The notes beneath the pieces are model-generated. The model saw only the letters and a list, made by a program, of their open reading frames with translations, ran no database searches and was not told where the DNA came from. A stretch of 64,000 nt of DNA, from NCBI RefSeq assembly GCF_036321535.1, contig NC_087437.1, forward strand, positions 92,754,001 through 92,818,000, in the 5' to 3' direction. Every line of letters starts with the position of its first letter. Positions within the stretch are counted from its first letter, which is position 1. Shown here piece after piece: positions 51,712 through 64,000 of this stretch. Source of the DNA: Camelus dromedarius. Taxonomy: Eukaryota. A program made the position numbers and the translations under genes.

Positions 51712-53140
51712 AATCATCATTCATCAAATGCCTGCTAAGCGCCAAATAGTCTTCTATTCTACGTGCTAAAGAAACAACAATGAAGAAAACAGACCAAAAA
51801 ACCAAAATTCCTCCTCCCATGGAGCTTATATTTTAGCAGAAGGATACAGATAATAAGAATAAAACATGTAAAATGTATAGAATGTGAATGTGATAGTTAT
51901 TATACTGAGACAAATAGAGAGCAAGAAACAAGGAGTGATTGCTTTTTTCTTGCAGGACTTTCAAGGAAGTCTTCACTGTTAAAAGTGACATTTGAGTAAA
52001 GATCAGAGGGAAATAAGGAACAAGTCATGAGGCTGTTTGGGGCTGGAGAGCATTCCAGGCAGAAGCAAGGAGCATGTTTGGCCTGAAGGAGAAGGAACTT
52101 TGGCAGTGAGACCACTCTTTATCGAACAAGAGGAGGTGTAGTAAGAGAGCGTAGCAAAGTCAGAGAGAAAGTTGAGGTTCAGATCACAGAGCTTCCTAGT
52201 AGCCACTGTAAGCAAATTGACTTTTACTGTGACATGGGATACATGGAAGATCTCAGGCAGAGAAATGACATGCTCTGGACATCGTTAACAGAATCATGCC
52301 TGCCTTTGTATGGAGACTGGATTACAGGAAGCCAAGTGGGGAAGCTGGGAAATCATCTAAGAAGTCCTATAGCTAAACCAAAGGAGAGGTTACCCTGGTT
52401 TAAACAGAAATAATCAAAGTAACTTTTTTTTAAAGTGGTCAGTTTCTGAATATATGTTGAGGGGGAGGGTATATCTCAGTGGTAGAGCGCATGCTTAGCA
52501 AGCATGAGGTCCTGGGTTCAATCCCCAGTACGTCCATTAAAATAAACAAGTATATAAATATATGTTGAAGATAAAGACAATAGAATTTTCTGCTAAATTA
52601 AACCTGTGGTCTAGAGGGCAAGGGAGTAAAGGACAACTACAAGATTTTGGGTTTGAGCACCTGGAAGGATGGAGCTGCCATTTATTAAAATGGGAAAGAC
52701 TTGCATGAAACAGGTTTGAGGAAGAAAAATCAGGCTTTGATGTTGGGTAGAGTAAACTGAGATGCCAATGAAGTTACAAAGTAAAAGCTACTGGCTAACT
52801 GATGTATTGTTCAAGGCAGTGGTCCCAAGGTGTAGATACAAATGCAGATGCCTCTTTGTAAGACACTAGATGAGACCATCTAGGGGGCAGTGATGGAAAA
52901 GGGATCCTAAAATTGAGTGCCGAGTCACTCCAGTGATTGAGGAAGGAAGAAAAACAAAGGTATGTGTTGTCCCAGAAGCCAAGCAAGGAAATGTTTTCAG
53001 GAAGAGGAAATAGTTGATGGTACCAAATGCTGCTGATAGGTAAAGTATTAGCCACTGGACTTAGCATCGTGGAGGTCACTGGAGAGCAGGATATAGTAGT
53101 TTTGTCAGACAGTTGGGGGCAAAAGCCCAAGTTGGAGTCA
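51712..53140 (-). mobile_element. L2a-like 3' segment (interrupted by a SINE)
   Basis: cattcatcaaatgcctgctaagcgcc..cctcccatggagcttatattttag..gtgacatttgagtaaaga..gagcattccaggcagaag..tgagcacctggaaggatggagctgccatttatt. Confidence 0.85.
52461..52556 (+). mobile_element. tRNA-Ala(AGC)-derived SINE (camelid Vic-1-like) with 12-bp TSD
   Basis: ggggagggtatatctcagtggtagagcgcatgcttagcaagcatgaggtcctgggttcaatccccagtacgtcca plus an A-rich tail. A-box-like sequence and B box ggttcaatcc present. TSD aatatatgttga at 52449-52460 and 52557-52568. Confidence 0.92.
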
Positions 53141-54299
53141 GTTTACACATTTTAAATAAGGTGAATAAGCATTTCCAATTTTGTTTTAAGTTCAACATTT
53201 TAAAAGTAGGTCAGACATTCATCATTAGGCACTGATACTACAAGATAAACAAGATCCCTCAAAGAGTTCATATCTAGAGAAAAACATTTACAATAGTTTT
53301 AAACCTCTTTGTTAAATATGAAAGGGATAATAAATACAGTGTTCTAGGAATGCTGAGAAGAGAATGCCCAGATTTTTGCTTTCCATTTTGTATGTCATGA
53401 AAAGATTTTCTTAAAAATGTGTTATTTCTGTAGGTGACATAAGAACAGTGTAACCCACCAAGAAGCAGTAACAGCAGCACATAGGATCCCAATTCAGAAA
53501 GGCTTCCGAGTCTAACACAAATAGTGCACCGTCTTCCTATCAACAAATTAAGGTTATACAGCTTAGAAAAATGTTTGCATATTACATTTCAGTGGTGTCG
53601 AGCTCAAAATAAAACAGTCTTCTTGGTTATACCCAGTGCGAAATGTAAACCCATCGACAGAAATCACATCTGACTCTGGGCCGGCTTTGTCAACCAACCC
53701 CCTCCTTGTCTTGATTGTTTTTCTCTCAGCAAACAGAGCTCTCCCTTTCAGCGCTTAAGAGGTTTCTAAACTTAAGTGGAATCAGTGGCTGGGATTTTCT
53801 TTCAAGTAAGTATTGCCTCTAGCAAGGGCATCCCTCAAAATGGATCAGATCCTCCCTCTGTAGGAATTCCTCTCTCTAGCTGTCTTTCCTGATAGGGGGC
53901 CAAGGGAAGGTTAATTGGTAATTTTGCTTTGAATATGAAACCTATTTAGCTAATTACTTGGTTTTTTTGATGTTATTTTTAGAAGACTGGTTTGGAGAAA
54001 TTTTCTTAGGAGTTCTTTTATTTCCATTTACTTTCAGATGTATTTTTAAATTTAAAGGCAAGTAAGTCTGATTTCAAATATTATAATGAAGTGGATAAAC
54101 CCATTATAAGTGTGTAAAAATTAGACCTTCATTTTATAGAGGGAAATGAAGTAACTTTATAAGTTTTATTAAAATGTGTGTGACTGAGAAATAGGAAACA
54201 GGCTATAAAATACAAGATGTAAAAATTCTGAGCCTTGTATTTAACAGAAGTTGAAGTAAACTAAACTATATGTCACTATCTCACAGTCATCTTCCCTGA

Positions 54300-54560
54300 T
54301 CACACTTTCTGTTATGTCACCTCCTTTTACTCCACAGCAAGCATACTTCCCCACCTAACCTATATCATAACATGAAATTATTGTAGGCTTGCTAAACTTG
54401 TTTATTATTTAACTCCTCCCTTAGAATGTAAGCTCCATGAAATCAGGAGCAATGTTTTTCTTATTCTCCTTGTAGCTCAAGCACTTTTCCCAATATACTT
54501 GGACGTTAAGAATTTGATAAATATTTGTTGAGCAAATAAAAGAATAAATCAATCAACTAA
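54300..54560 (+). mobile_element. L2 3' end
   Basis: ttagaatgtaagctccatgaaatcagg..ataaatatttgttgagcaaataaa. Confidence 0.75.
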
Positions 54561-54613
54561 TCAACCAACCAAGTGGGCAACTCTCAGGTTAAAATTTATA
54601 CAACTTCCTGAAA

Positions 54614-55490
54614 CAGTGGCTTTCAGTTTTCCTGGCATGACACACAATAAGATATACATTTTACACTGGCATAATTTATTACTTTGTTTTAATTATTTTA
54701 TAAACTGTATTTAACTAGGATTTGGGAAGAAATTTTTTATCCCATTCTTAATTTTTCTTTCCCTAGAAGAATTGGATTTGTTATCATGATTTATTAAAAT
54801 TTATAATGTGTTACATTTGTTGTAGAATGATTTAAACAATTTATTTTACCTTTTAACTTGAGTTCACGTTTATTAATTTTACATTGTTGTCACTTATTTT
54901 CCTATTTTCTGCTGGTGTGATCAAGTTGCCACGCACTATTCCTTTTCCTCCTGGGAGTGTAGACGTCCGAGTATACTTTCCTTTCATCAATGGCTCCCTT
55001 CACTTTTCCTGCTCTCATGGCCAGACTTCATTCACTGATATTTAAAAATAGTAAAACTATTTTTCTCACCAAGAAGCACTGTGTTCTCTTCCAAGACACC
55101 CTATGTCCATCCCCTACTTCCACAATATTCTCAATATGGACATTTTTTTTAAATACTACACTTCCCCCATTTTCTCCCTCACCCTAGATGAGACACTTGA
55201 AACAATTTACTAGCCTTCCACTACCCCATTCACAACTCTTAGGTTTTGTTGGGATATTCTAAAACTTAAAGTATCAAACATTATTAGAATTCCCTGTGTT
55301 ATGTGTCTCTTCTAGCTTAACTATATTTAATCGGCAGTTCATCCCACATAGAACTGAATCTAGGTTCATCTATTTAAGCAGCAATTACCCCACAGCATTT
55401 TCTACCAATTCTATTCAATTTCATTTAATCTAAATGCTGGTCACAACATCCTAAATTGATTGCATGTCTCACAGAAGGATGTGGCCCTTT
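54614..55490. mobile_element. hAT-Charlie MITE split into two arms (~54614-54668 and ~55345-55490) by unassigned sequence
   Basis: Left arm cagtggctttca..catgacacacaataagatatacattttaca. Right arm ttctattcaatttcattt..aaatgctggtcacaacatcctaaattgattgcatg. Confidence 0.5.
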
Positions 55491-56297
55491 GCTGCAGTTT
55501 CAGGTCCTGCAGAATCCTGCTTCACTCTAGAGAGGAGCATGCCCTTGGACCCACACATCTACTCTCATCAGGAAATCTGATTTAAAAAAACACTGGGGTC
55601 AGCATCACACTTTGGTCCTTCTAGCACTGTTGGGAACACCTAGCAAGATAACTCTTTGTCTCAGTTCCATTACTGTAATTAATGCCAGATTTGTGCCAGA
55701 AGGTAAGTCTATACTCTCATTTCCAATATCGACCTCTGTAGACTCAAAACCCTGCCTCTACCCTCCAGGTGAGCTCCATGTATACTTTGCATTTTAGGCT
55801 CAGCACCACACATGGACTTTCCCATCCTCTAGCCATTTCACTTTACAGCATAGCTTCTAGCCCTCACTTCCAGGTCTACCATATTCCACATTCATCTATG
55901 ATCTGCCACTGACTCCCCTAATAAGAGTATCATAAAAGATAATGTTTTAAAGAAGCCTTAAAACACAAAAACTTCCAGCTCGATAAATCCAGCCATCTAG
56001 TTTTAATAAAATTAGAAAAGGTAGTATATTTAGAAACCATATTGTAGTTAATTTTTAAATTCTGCCTCTTTTCAACGGTTAAGAGGATGTATATAATATC
56101 CAAACTGATTTTAAGACTCATCCAATAAGATATCATCTTCAACTGTGTGGAAATAACCCAGAGTCTTTAAATTTTTCAACAAAAAGTGTGCAAATCAGCA
56201 GGGTCTTATACGCATATTCACCTCTGGATCTCCAGCCATTCTGTTCCTTTAAAAAATGTGGTGGCTCTAAAAAAAGACAAACCATTGGGACCTTAGA

Positions 56298-56430
56298 CAA
56301 TGGTTCTCAACTTTGGCTCTGTAATAAAATCACCCCAGACTAATTAAATAATACAGCTTGACAGTGTAACCCCACTTAAGTAGTTTTGAAAGTTCCCCAG
56401 GTGGTAGGCAGCCCAGTGCCAGAACCACTG
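56298..56430 (+). mobile_element. MER5-family fossil
   Basis: Termini caatggttctcaact... and ...agaaccactg form a terminal inverted repeat (TIR) pair. Confidence 0.75.
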
Positions 56431-56799
56431 CTCTATGCAGCGAAATCAAATATACTAAAAAAAATGAAGGATAGAAAGCCTTGAGGGGGAGGGCAGAGGA
56501 AAATAAAACAATATAAAAATCACCCCGAGACAGAAAGCAAGTGACCATTCAAAGTAGCCTCCAGGCCTAGCTCCTAAGTTTTATTTAAATTCCTAGACAC
56601 AAGAAACTACCTATAAAAGGTACTCTGAGGATCCTCACCTTATATCACTTAGCAGTTACACTGGAGGGGGAGTTGATGGAAAAATCTATAGTCCTTCAAA
56701 GAAAGTCTTCATGTGCTTTTTAAAGAGTTGCATAGGTTGCCTGATAGTCCCAGTGAAGAGAATCAGAACAAAAGCAGTTAAATAGACTTTCCCCACAGT

Positions 56800-57115
56800 C
56801 AGGGTCAGAAAAACCTTCCCGGTCCCTTCTTTGCACAGGCCCCTGTGGCTGTTAGCAGTTGCTGGGATTATAAAGGTCCAGGTGAGAAGAAGTCAAGTTG
56901 CAATCATGAAGCATTTCTATGCAAGTATATCCAGTAAATAGCGTTAAAAGATCTGAGAAGAAAGGGACCTGATTTGTTTTAATTTGTTCTCTCATCCTAA
57001 ATAAAATTTCATTTTCATACCTAATTTTGTATTTGTAATTTTGCACTCTTTTCCTCAAAGAGGGATCTTCAAATTGATTAAGCTTCAGGCCCCACAAAAC
57101 CTGGATCCAGCCTTG
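56800..57115. mobile_element. hAT (Tip100-class-like) non-autonomous DNA transposon with intact 8-bp TSD
   Basis: cccacagt at 56792-56799 and 57116-57123. Degenerate TIRs cagggtcaga and (reverse complement) caaggctgga. Confidence 0.8.
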
Positions 57116-57544
57116 CCCACAGTTGACTTTGCCTGCTAAATAAAAGTCTTACAAGAAAGCACAAATTTTAATCCAGGTTGCTTTTTTCTCACAGATGCTT
57201 TATGAAAAGAAAATGTAGATAAATGCAATCAGTCAATGAAAGAATCTATAACATTGGAAGTTTCTTATAGGACTCTAGGGGGGAAGGGCAGCTTTCTTTA
57301 TCCTGCAGTCAGCTCTTACATTCAGGAAAGCATAAAGAAAATAGTTGATGTTTTATTAAAACTGTGGTATCCAAAAGTACCTCGGATTTCATAAGAATTT
57401 TTTCACCATGACTGTATGCTGCAGAAAAGCCATTAAACATCTTGGAATATTTACAAGAATTTCAAGCTTTGCAGCACTAGTTTTCAGACACCCACTAATA
57501 CCTAAATAGTGCCTCCTAAGATACAAGGCACCATCACATATTAG

Positions 57545-57725
57545 CTGATATAATTCTCATAATGAGCCCCTGACACAAGCATCTCAAGCATTTCTGTCAG
57601 ACCCTGTGTTCTTCTGTAAGCTGATGAAGAAAGGGGATCTTGAAAGAGATGAAATGGATTGCTCATAAGGGCACAACATATATTGACACCCAGGAACTCT
57701 GACTAATGCCCGCATTCTTCCCAAC
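57545..57725 (-). mobile_element. MIR fragment
   Basis: gctgatgaagaaa..gagatgaaatggattgctcataagggcaca..acccaggaactctgact. Confidence 0.5.
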
Positions 57726-59784
57726 GCATCGTCTCATCTCCTCCCATCTTCCTGTTACCTTTCACTGCCTACCTCTATGTACCTTAGACTTGTAACAACT
57801 ATTCAAAAAGGACATACTGAATGACCTTAGTATATGAAGAGGCAGTCATCTGATTCACAGAATGTTGGGAGAGGAAAATAAAGCAAACAAAAAATGAATA
57901 GTTGAGGCAAGCCAGGGACCACGAAATGGAAAACCTCAAATTTTTCCATTGAAGTTCCAAATTCATTTATCCTACAAACTCTCTCCAAAGAATATTCAGT
58001 TTTTCACTCTTTACTGAGAAGCAACTATGTATGTTATATGCTTTAAATAAATTATCCAAGGGACAACAAAATGTCCCTGGAAATCAGAATGAGTTTTTTT
58101 CATGAACATGGGACCTAAATTTGGCTCTTCTTATCAATCTATATGTTTTCAGTTAAGACTTGTGTACCTAAAACACTTTGTAATCTCTCAGACTGCCTTG
58201 TTTTTGCTTTATAATACCAACTTGAATTTTGTCTCACTGATGAAAACTCTCTCTTGCCCAGCCATGAAAACAAAAGGTTCAGAGATGAAGCAACTGGTTT
58301 GAATATTATAACATGCTGTGTTTTGTTAATAAAAAAGAAGAAAGAAAGAAAAAGAAAGAAGGAAGGAAAAAATTAACATGTAACAAACTTTGTAGAGCTA
58401 CATCAATGTCAGTATCATGCCAAAAAAGCAATATCCTCTATTTTTCCTTTTTTTCAATTTTCAAAACGTGCAATCCTTAACTATTTCATTTTTTTTTTAC
58501 TGTCATTACTTAGAATAAAATTGGCATTTTCTTTAAAGTTTATATTCATTTTACCATTCTGAAAAGCCTCTTGAACGTTAAAGATGACCTCAGATTTCTG
58601 CAATATACACTTGGCTTCCAAAGTCAAAGAGCAATTGAAAATTTGAATCCTTTAATAATAAATATGATATGATACAACAGAACTGTGCTGTGTTTTTCAC
58701 TTAAAAATACCAAATATACCTACCTAGAGAGAAATGCTAGGAAATGTGATTGTACTGAAACAGAAAATCTTTAATTATCACAAGAGTGTTAAATGTTTTT
58801 AGAAATCACCAGTCTGATAAAGATCTTCTCAGTAATAAAATCCAGGGTATTTTTCCTACATTTTATTGTTTTTTAATGAGAATGATTATTAATGTTATCT
58901 TTGGGAAATTTCCTATTTGAGGAGGATAGAAAGAATATAGTAAAGTATACAAGAATCAGAACATAATGAATACCATGCCTACAAATCAGCTGACAAAAAA
59001 ATGTTTATTATTATCTGCAGGAGAGAACAATAATTCAAAAATTTAAAAATCGTTCTTCTCCATGTGTATTAATTCTTAAAGTGAATTGCTTATTTAAAAG
59101 GCTATGCCTTGATTATTGGCCATTTTGGTGAGTAATAAATGAAACTGTACTAGATTTATAAATATATTAGAATCTCACACCTTACAGTTCACAGGAGGAG
59201 CCAAAGCTCAGCACTCACTTTAGTACACTACACTCATAATGAAGGCATGAGGATTTGTTTAAACAAAATTAGATTGTGGAATTCAATTACAAACAGAAGG
59301 ATAAGTTATTCATTTATTAATTGGTCCTTCCTCTTTCTGGCACAGGACCATTGGCCTTTAGTCATACTCATACATCCATTAAACAAGATCTGAATTACCA
59401 CCATTAGGATCTAGAGAGATTGCCTGGCTCCATCCTTGGCTATCTTACATGATGTAACTAAAAACAGGATTTTACAAGTGAAGTTTAAATACTTGAACAT
59501 GTAAAAATTAAAATAAAACACAATGATCACATGTGTCTTAACAAAAATAGTAGTATCAACAAACATGAAGTAAAGTATAAAGAACAAAGAAGTGTTAACA
59601 TAATTGGCCATAAAGCCAGACATATGAGTCTAAAGTAAAGTCTTTGGTGGAATCAAAAAAAGACAACATCAAAAGTAAATCCACCAAAAATCACAATTTC
59701 AGAATAATAGTGAAATTTTAAATTAACTATGCTTTTCAAAATGTCATGAACACTAAAAAAAAAAAAAAAAAAAAGACTAAACTT

Positions 59785-60280
59785 GTACTCAATTCATTCA
59801 AAATAACCAAATGTTGGAAAAACCCAAAGGTCTAGTAACTTGTGAATGGATAAATAAATTATTGAATTATTGTAAGTTTTTATGATGGAGTACTACTCAG
59901 CAATAAAAAAAGAAACAAACTACTTATGCACGAAACCACATAGAGAAATATTTAAAGCATTATGCTAAGTGAAAGAAGCCGGACACAAAAACTACATCCT
60001 GTATAATTCCATTTATATGAAATTCTAAAAAAGAAAAAACAATAGATAATAGCATATCAGTGGTTGTCAGAGGCAAGAGATTAGAGAGATGATTGAGTGC
60101 TAATAGGCATGAGTTAAATTTTTGATATAGTAGAAATATTCTCTATATGATATATGACTACACATATTTTTAATATGTATTTGTATTTTTCAAAACTCAT
60201 AAGATCAAACACTTAAAATTGGTAAATATTATTGTATGTAAATTAGGCCTCAATAAAGTTTACTTTTTAAATAAAAAAAG
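59785..60280 (+). mobile_element. Old L1M (MB-MD-like) ORF2 end and 3'UTR
   Basis: atggagtactactcagcaataaaaaaag (MEYYSAIKK), cattatgctaagtgaaagaagcc and attattgtatgtaaattaggcctcaataaag. Confidence 0.9.
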
Positions 60281-60529
60281 ATAAGCAACTGTTGTGACTG
60301 ATGGAAAAGGAGGATGATTAATTCTTCTACTCACCTTTACTATACATCATGGCTGGAGTTACATAAACATGCCAATAAGGAAAAGATCACATATTTAAAT
60401 ATAGGCTAATGGCTTTCATCTATTAAAAACAAACAAATGAAAACAAACAACTGTAATCTATTTCCAGAAATTATGCCCAAAACTTGCTAGGTTTTTATGA
60501 GTGGTGAGCCACACCACAAGTACTCTCGT

Positions 60530-60730
60530 GCTGTGTGGTAATTAAGGGTACAGACTCTGAGGGGACGCTGCTGGGTTGCCTGGTCTAAGACTTCCTGGTT
60601 GTGTGTCCTTGATCAAAATCAGTGATCTGTCCGTGTCACAGATTCTTCATCTCTAAAATAGGGATGATAATAGTATCTAATCCATAGAGCTGTAGTTGGA
60701 TTAATAGAACTGTTTCTGACATGTAAGTTT
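60530..60730 (+). mobile_element. MIR
   Basis: taattaagggtacagactctga..ttcttcatctctaaaatagggatgataatagtatcta. Confidence 0.75.
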
Positions 60731-61329
60731 GTAATAGATACGACCTACAGTATTGTTACTACTACCAGCACTGGGCTACTACCACTATTCCCACTATTAC
60801 AATCAGGACAAGTCTACTAAACTATGAGTAGTCCTGAGCGTAGACCAGTGACGTCTTCCGATTTAGCCCACTAAAGTGCAAACATCAATAATTTCCCTCT
60901 TCCAGACCATTTCTAAGTTAGATATCCAACTGATAATTTGCAATCTATTCTCTTGCTAAGGGATCGGTTACTTAGTGAGTAAAAAACTAAAAGGTGAATC
61001 AACTGCCACGGTAGTGGACATTACCATCCATGTAAGTGGATTTGGAATTTTATCTTTTCCCAGCTATTTAGGGTTTTTAAAGTCTAGGTAAAGAAGCATA
61101 TCATAGTTTTGCAAGTGTTCAATTAAAGGCACAGCTCTCACCTTGGGGTCAATACTATTCAACCTAACAGACTCGTGCGGTCAGGGGACTGGGGAGAAGG
61201 GGAAAAGATAAGAGTGTATGCCACAATCACCCCTCCCATTGGTTCCTGCCTCCTCTTGCAGATTAATAGGCTTATTGGAACATTTCCTCTAGTTCAAATA
61301 TAAACCTTAGAATCAAAAATAAACTTCAA

Positions 61330-61600
61330 ATTCCCTACCTTGGCAATTCAAGCCCCAGCTTGTCTTTCCAGCTTCATTTCCACTTACTTTTTGTTTTCCA
61401 GTTACTATTCCCCATTTCTAAAACAGCTTTTGTGCTGTTCCACTTTCTAACTTCCATGTTTTTCTTCCCACATTTTTCTCTCCACCTAAAATGTCCTCCT
61501 TTCCCTAGCTCTAACTACAAAAGCCCCATCTATTCTTTAAGGTCTAGATTAAATGCATATGTTGCACAATGTCTGCCCTGACCTACTCCTCCCCTAGCAA
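61330..61600 (+). mobile_element. L2 fragment
   Basis: ccttggcaattcaagcccc..ctttccagcttcatttcc..ctattctttaaggtctagattaaatg. Confidence 0.5.
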
Positions 61601-62619
61601 CTGCAGTGTGAAGTACTTCCCTCACAACTGAGTTCCCATCTCCTAAATTTCTAATGGATTCATTTTCCATCCTCTGGGATACATGTGACTTACCTGCATA
61701 TTGATTGTTTATTAGATCCTGCTCAGCAAATCCAATAAATATATCATAAAGGTAGCAGATCAGCATGATGTTGTCAGAAATAGCAGGACAAACCAAGCCC
61801 ATGCAGATTAGTTTATGACAGAAAACCTGGAAAGTTGACATCGTCCTGAAATTAGGAAGTACAGGGGTATTGCTATCTTCCAGATGAAATTAAGCCACTT
61901 CTGGTTGTCTTTACCATCAGGTATAGAGAATAAGGTGTTCACTAAGTCCATGGTTGCATACCAGTTGCCAGATACTCTACTGTTTCACTCTAGTAAAGAA
62001 AACACATCTAGAAGAGCAACTGAAATTAGAATTGCCAGTGGATGTGTTTATGATAATCCACTGTCATTTTCCAAAATTCATTTACCTCTGTGCAAGCCAG
62101 ATTGGCAAGTTAACAAGAATATATCTTTGAAGTCCTTTGTGGAGGCAGAAATACAGGCAGTCTTACTAGGGATGAGTTTATTTTGGTTTGCTATTTTAGT
62201 AGGTAGAGGAAGCTTTAGTGAATGTGTGTATATATACATATGCACTCATCCTACTGCAAGAAATTCAGTTATTTTGACAGCATTTGGCAACTGACTGAGG
62301 TTTAATATTGGTATTTGGCCTTTTTCACAGTCAGAACACAGAAGTGACACCAGGTGTGGTGTTTTTCATTCATTCTTGTTTTGTGTGTCTCTCTGTGTGA
62401 TTTATTCAAGTATTAATATCATAGACCATTCCTGTTTCCAGATAACTTTCAAAATCTTTTCCTTAAACAAAATCACAACAAAACATGGTTTCTCTTTAAC
62501 AATTAGATGTGAGTTGTAGGGATATATGAGTTCTTACCTTGTGCATGTATTTTTTGTTTAGTTTGGTATGGTTTGGTTTTATTTTCTTCAAAAGATAACT
62601 TAGCAACCAAGCACATATA

Positions 62620-62995
62620 ATAATGATGATAATAAATCAACGTTTTCAATGCATTAGTGTGAAACAGGCACTCTCCTAAGCACTTCATATACATTATTAT
62701 CTTATTTATCCTTCAGTATAATGTTACTAATAATAATACCTGATACTTATAAAGCATTTCTATGTGCCAGGCACTATTATATATATTAATTTATTTAATT
62801 CTGACAATAAGTTGAAGTACATATACACTATTATTACCACAAGTTATATCACTCTGAAGACATATCATATAATAAATACCTGATAGAAAATTCAAGTAAC
62901 TTGCCCAAAGTCACTTAACTCCTATCTGATTGAGGTGAGATTTAAATTGATACAGACTGACTAAAAGGGAAATATTCAAAACCAATACAGTGTAC
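62620..62995 (-). mobile_element. Two adjacent MIR fragments
   Basis: caggcactctcctaagcacttcatatacattatt; tatgtgccaggcact; aagtaacttgcccaaagtcac. Confidence 0.7.
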
Positions 62996-63109
62996 TGACT
63001 GTCAATCTTACATCCAGTATTTTTTAATATATTCCTATTCTTCTATTTACATGGCCCCTAATTTTTTCCATAAACTTTTTATACAATAGTTGAATTTAAA
63101 ATGTTCTGT

Positions 63110-63230
63110 CACAACTGATAAGTTCCTTGAGAACATGGCATATGATGTTTATTTTTTGTATTCTCACAATTAACACAATGCCCTTATTATATTTAAGGTA
63201 CTCAATAATTATGAATTTTTAATTGATTAA
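63110..63230 (+). mobile_element. L2 3' end fragment
   Basis: ataagttccttgagaac..ttgtattctcaca..aaggtactcaataatt. Confidence 0.55.
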
Positions 63231-64000
63231 CTGCATGTGCTCACATTGAAAAAACACTGCGAGGGAGGGACTGGTGTTGCGATGTATGTTCTTGATAGAA
63301 AAGATTGCATCATGGGGGCAATCAGCTCTGAAAGTTACCAGGTGTTTAAGATCAATCAGTAAATCCCAAATTACCAACAGAAGACTCCCTAAGAGTATTA
63401 CAGTTTAATAGTTGAGACAATGTAATAGTGTCAATACTTGAACCAGAAAATAACAACCTTATTATTTTTGCCATTATAACCAAGTTAGACTACTTGGCAA
63501 TCTAATCAAGTGTTTGATCATTAATGATAATTTCTAAAACAGAGAAATCAGTCTTAAATCCACCTATACCGTACTACTATATAATAAGGAAGCATAAGTT
63601 GAATGAATATAGATATAATAGAGGATTTGAGTAAAAGACTCAAAGGGCAAGATTTTTAATTTATTTAAATATAAACATGTCACAGAATGTTTAATCCAAA
63701 CTTTCAAGTATGTAAATCTTTTACCATAACCTTAGAGTTATCATTGTTATTTCTAATCAGATCCATTACTACTTAACCTTATCATATATACGTATTGCCA
63801 GAAATATTATCTGTAAGTGCTTGATTACAATTATCACTAAATTAAAGAATGGCTGTAGTATGTCAAGCATCTTTTATAAATATGACTTCCCAAGGCTAGC
63901 ATGAGGATGGAAGATATCAGCACTTAAACATCAACACTGCATTAATCCAAATGAGGTCCTGTGTAATACTAAGTCTTAACTTTAAAACTGTACTGTTTTT

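Noticed and set aside
52461..52535. Functional tRNA-Ala gene
   Set aside because: The TSD, A-rich tail, 5' extension and stem mismatches, with no adjacent TTTT terminator, indicate a SINE.
59755..59774. A-run as another solitary poly(A) insertion (also the runs at ~6758-6775 and ~33630-33646)
   Set aside because: No convincing TSD, so plain homopolymers are the simpler reading.
1..64000. CRISPR array, operon-like system, NUMT, processed pseudogene or CpG-island promoter
   Set aside because: I saw no regularly spaced repeats, gene-dense segment, mitochondrial or mRNA-like sequence, or CpG island. The window is explained by eutherian repeats and unique non-coding DNA.

Overview
AT-rich, CpG-depleted mammalian non-coding DNA (intergenic or deep intron), probably from a camelid, judging by a Vic-1-like tRNA-Ala SINE at 52461-52556. 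I see no CpG island and no recognisable host protein-coding exon. The only ORF encoding a substantial intact protein stretch (18290-19972, minus) is the C-terminal part of ORF2 from a young, 5'-truncated LINE-1 with a 13-bp target-site duplication (TSD). The rest is a typical eutherian fossil landscape: a doubly deleted old L1 at 1-3035, L1M 3' ends, L2, MIR, MaLR/ERV solo LTRs, hAT DNA-transposon fossils and microsatellites. Repeat subfamily names come from my recollection of consensus sequences and need RepeatMasker/Dfam confirmation. I found no convincing new biological system. The best leads are: a flank-derived strong-Kozak ATG in frame with the intact L1 ORF2 remnant; a minus-strand acceptor directly followed by a donor motif (recursive-splice-like) with a 78-nt candidate exon; a solitary poly(A) retro-insertion with a perfect 17-bp TSD; and a few motif clusters that may be enhancers.
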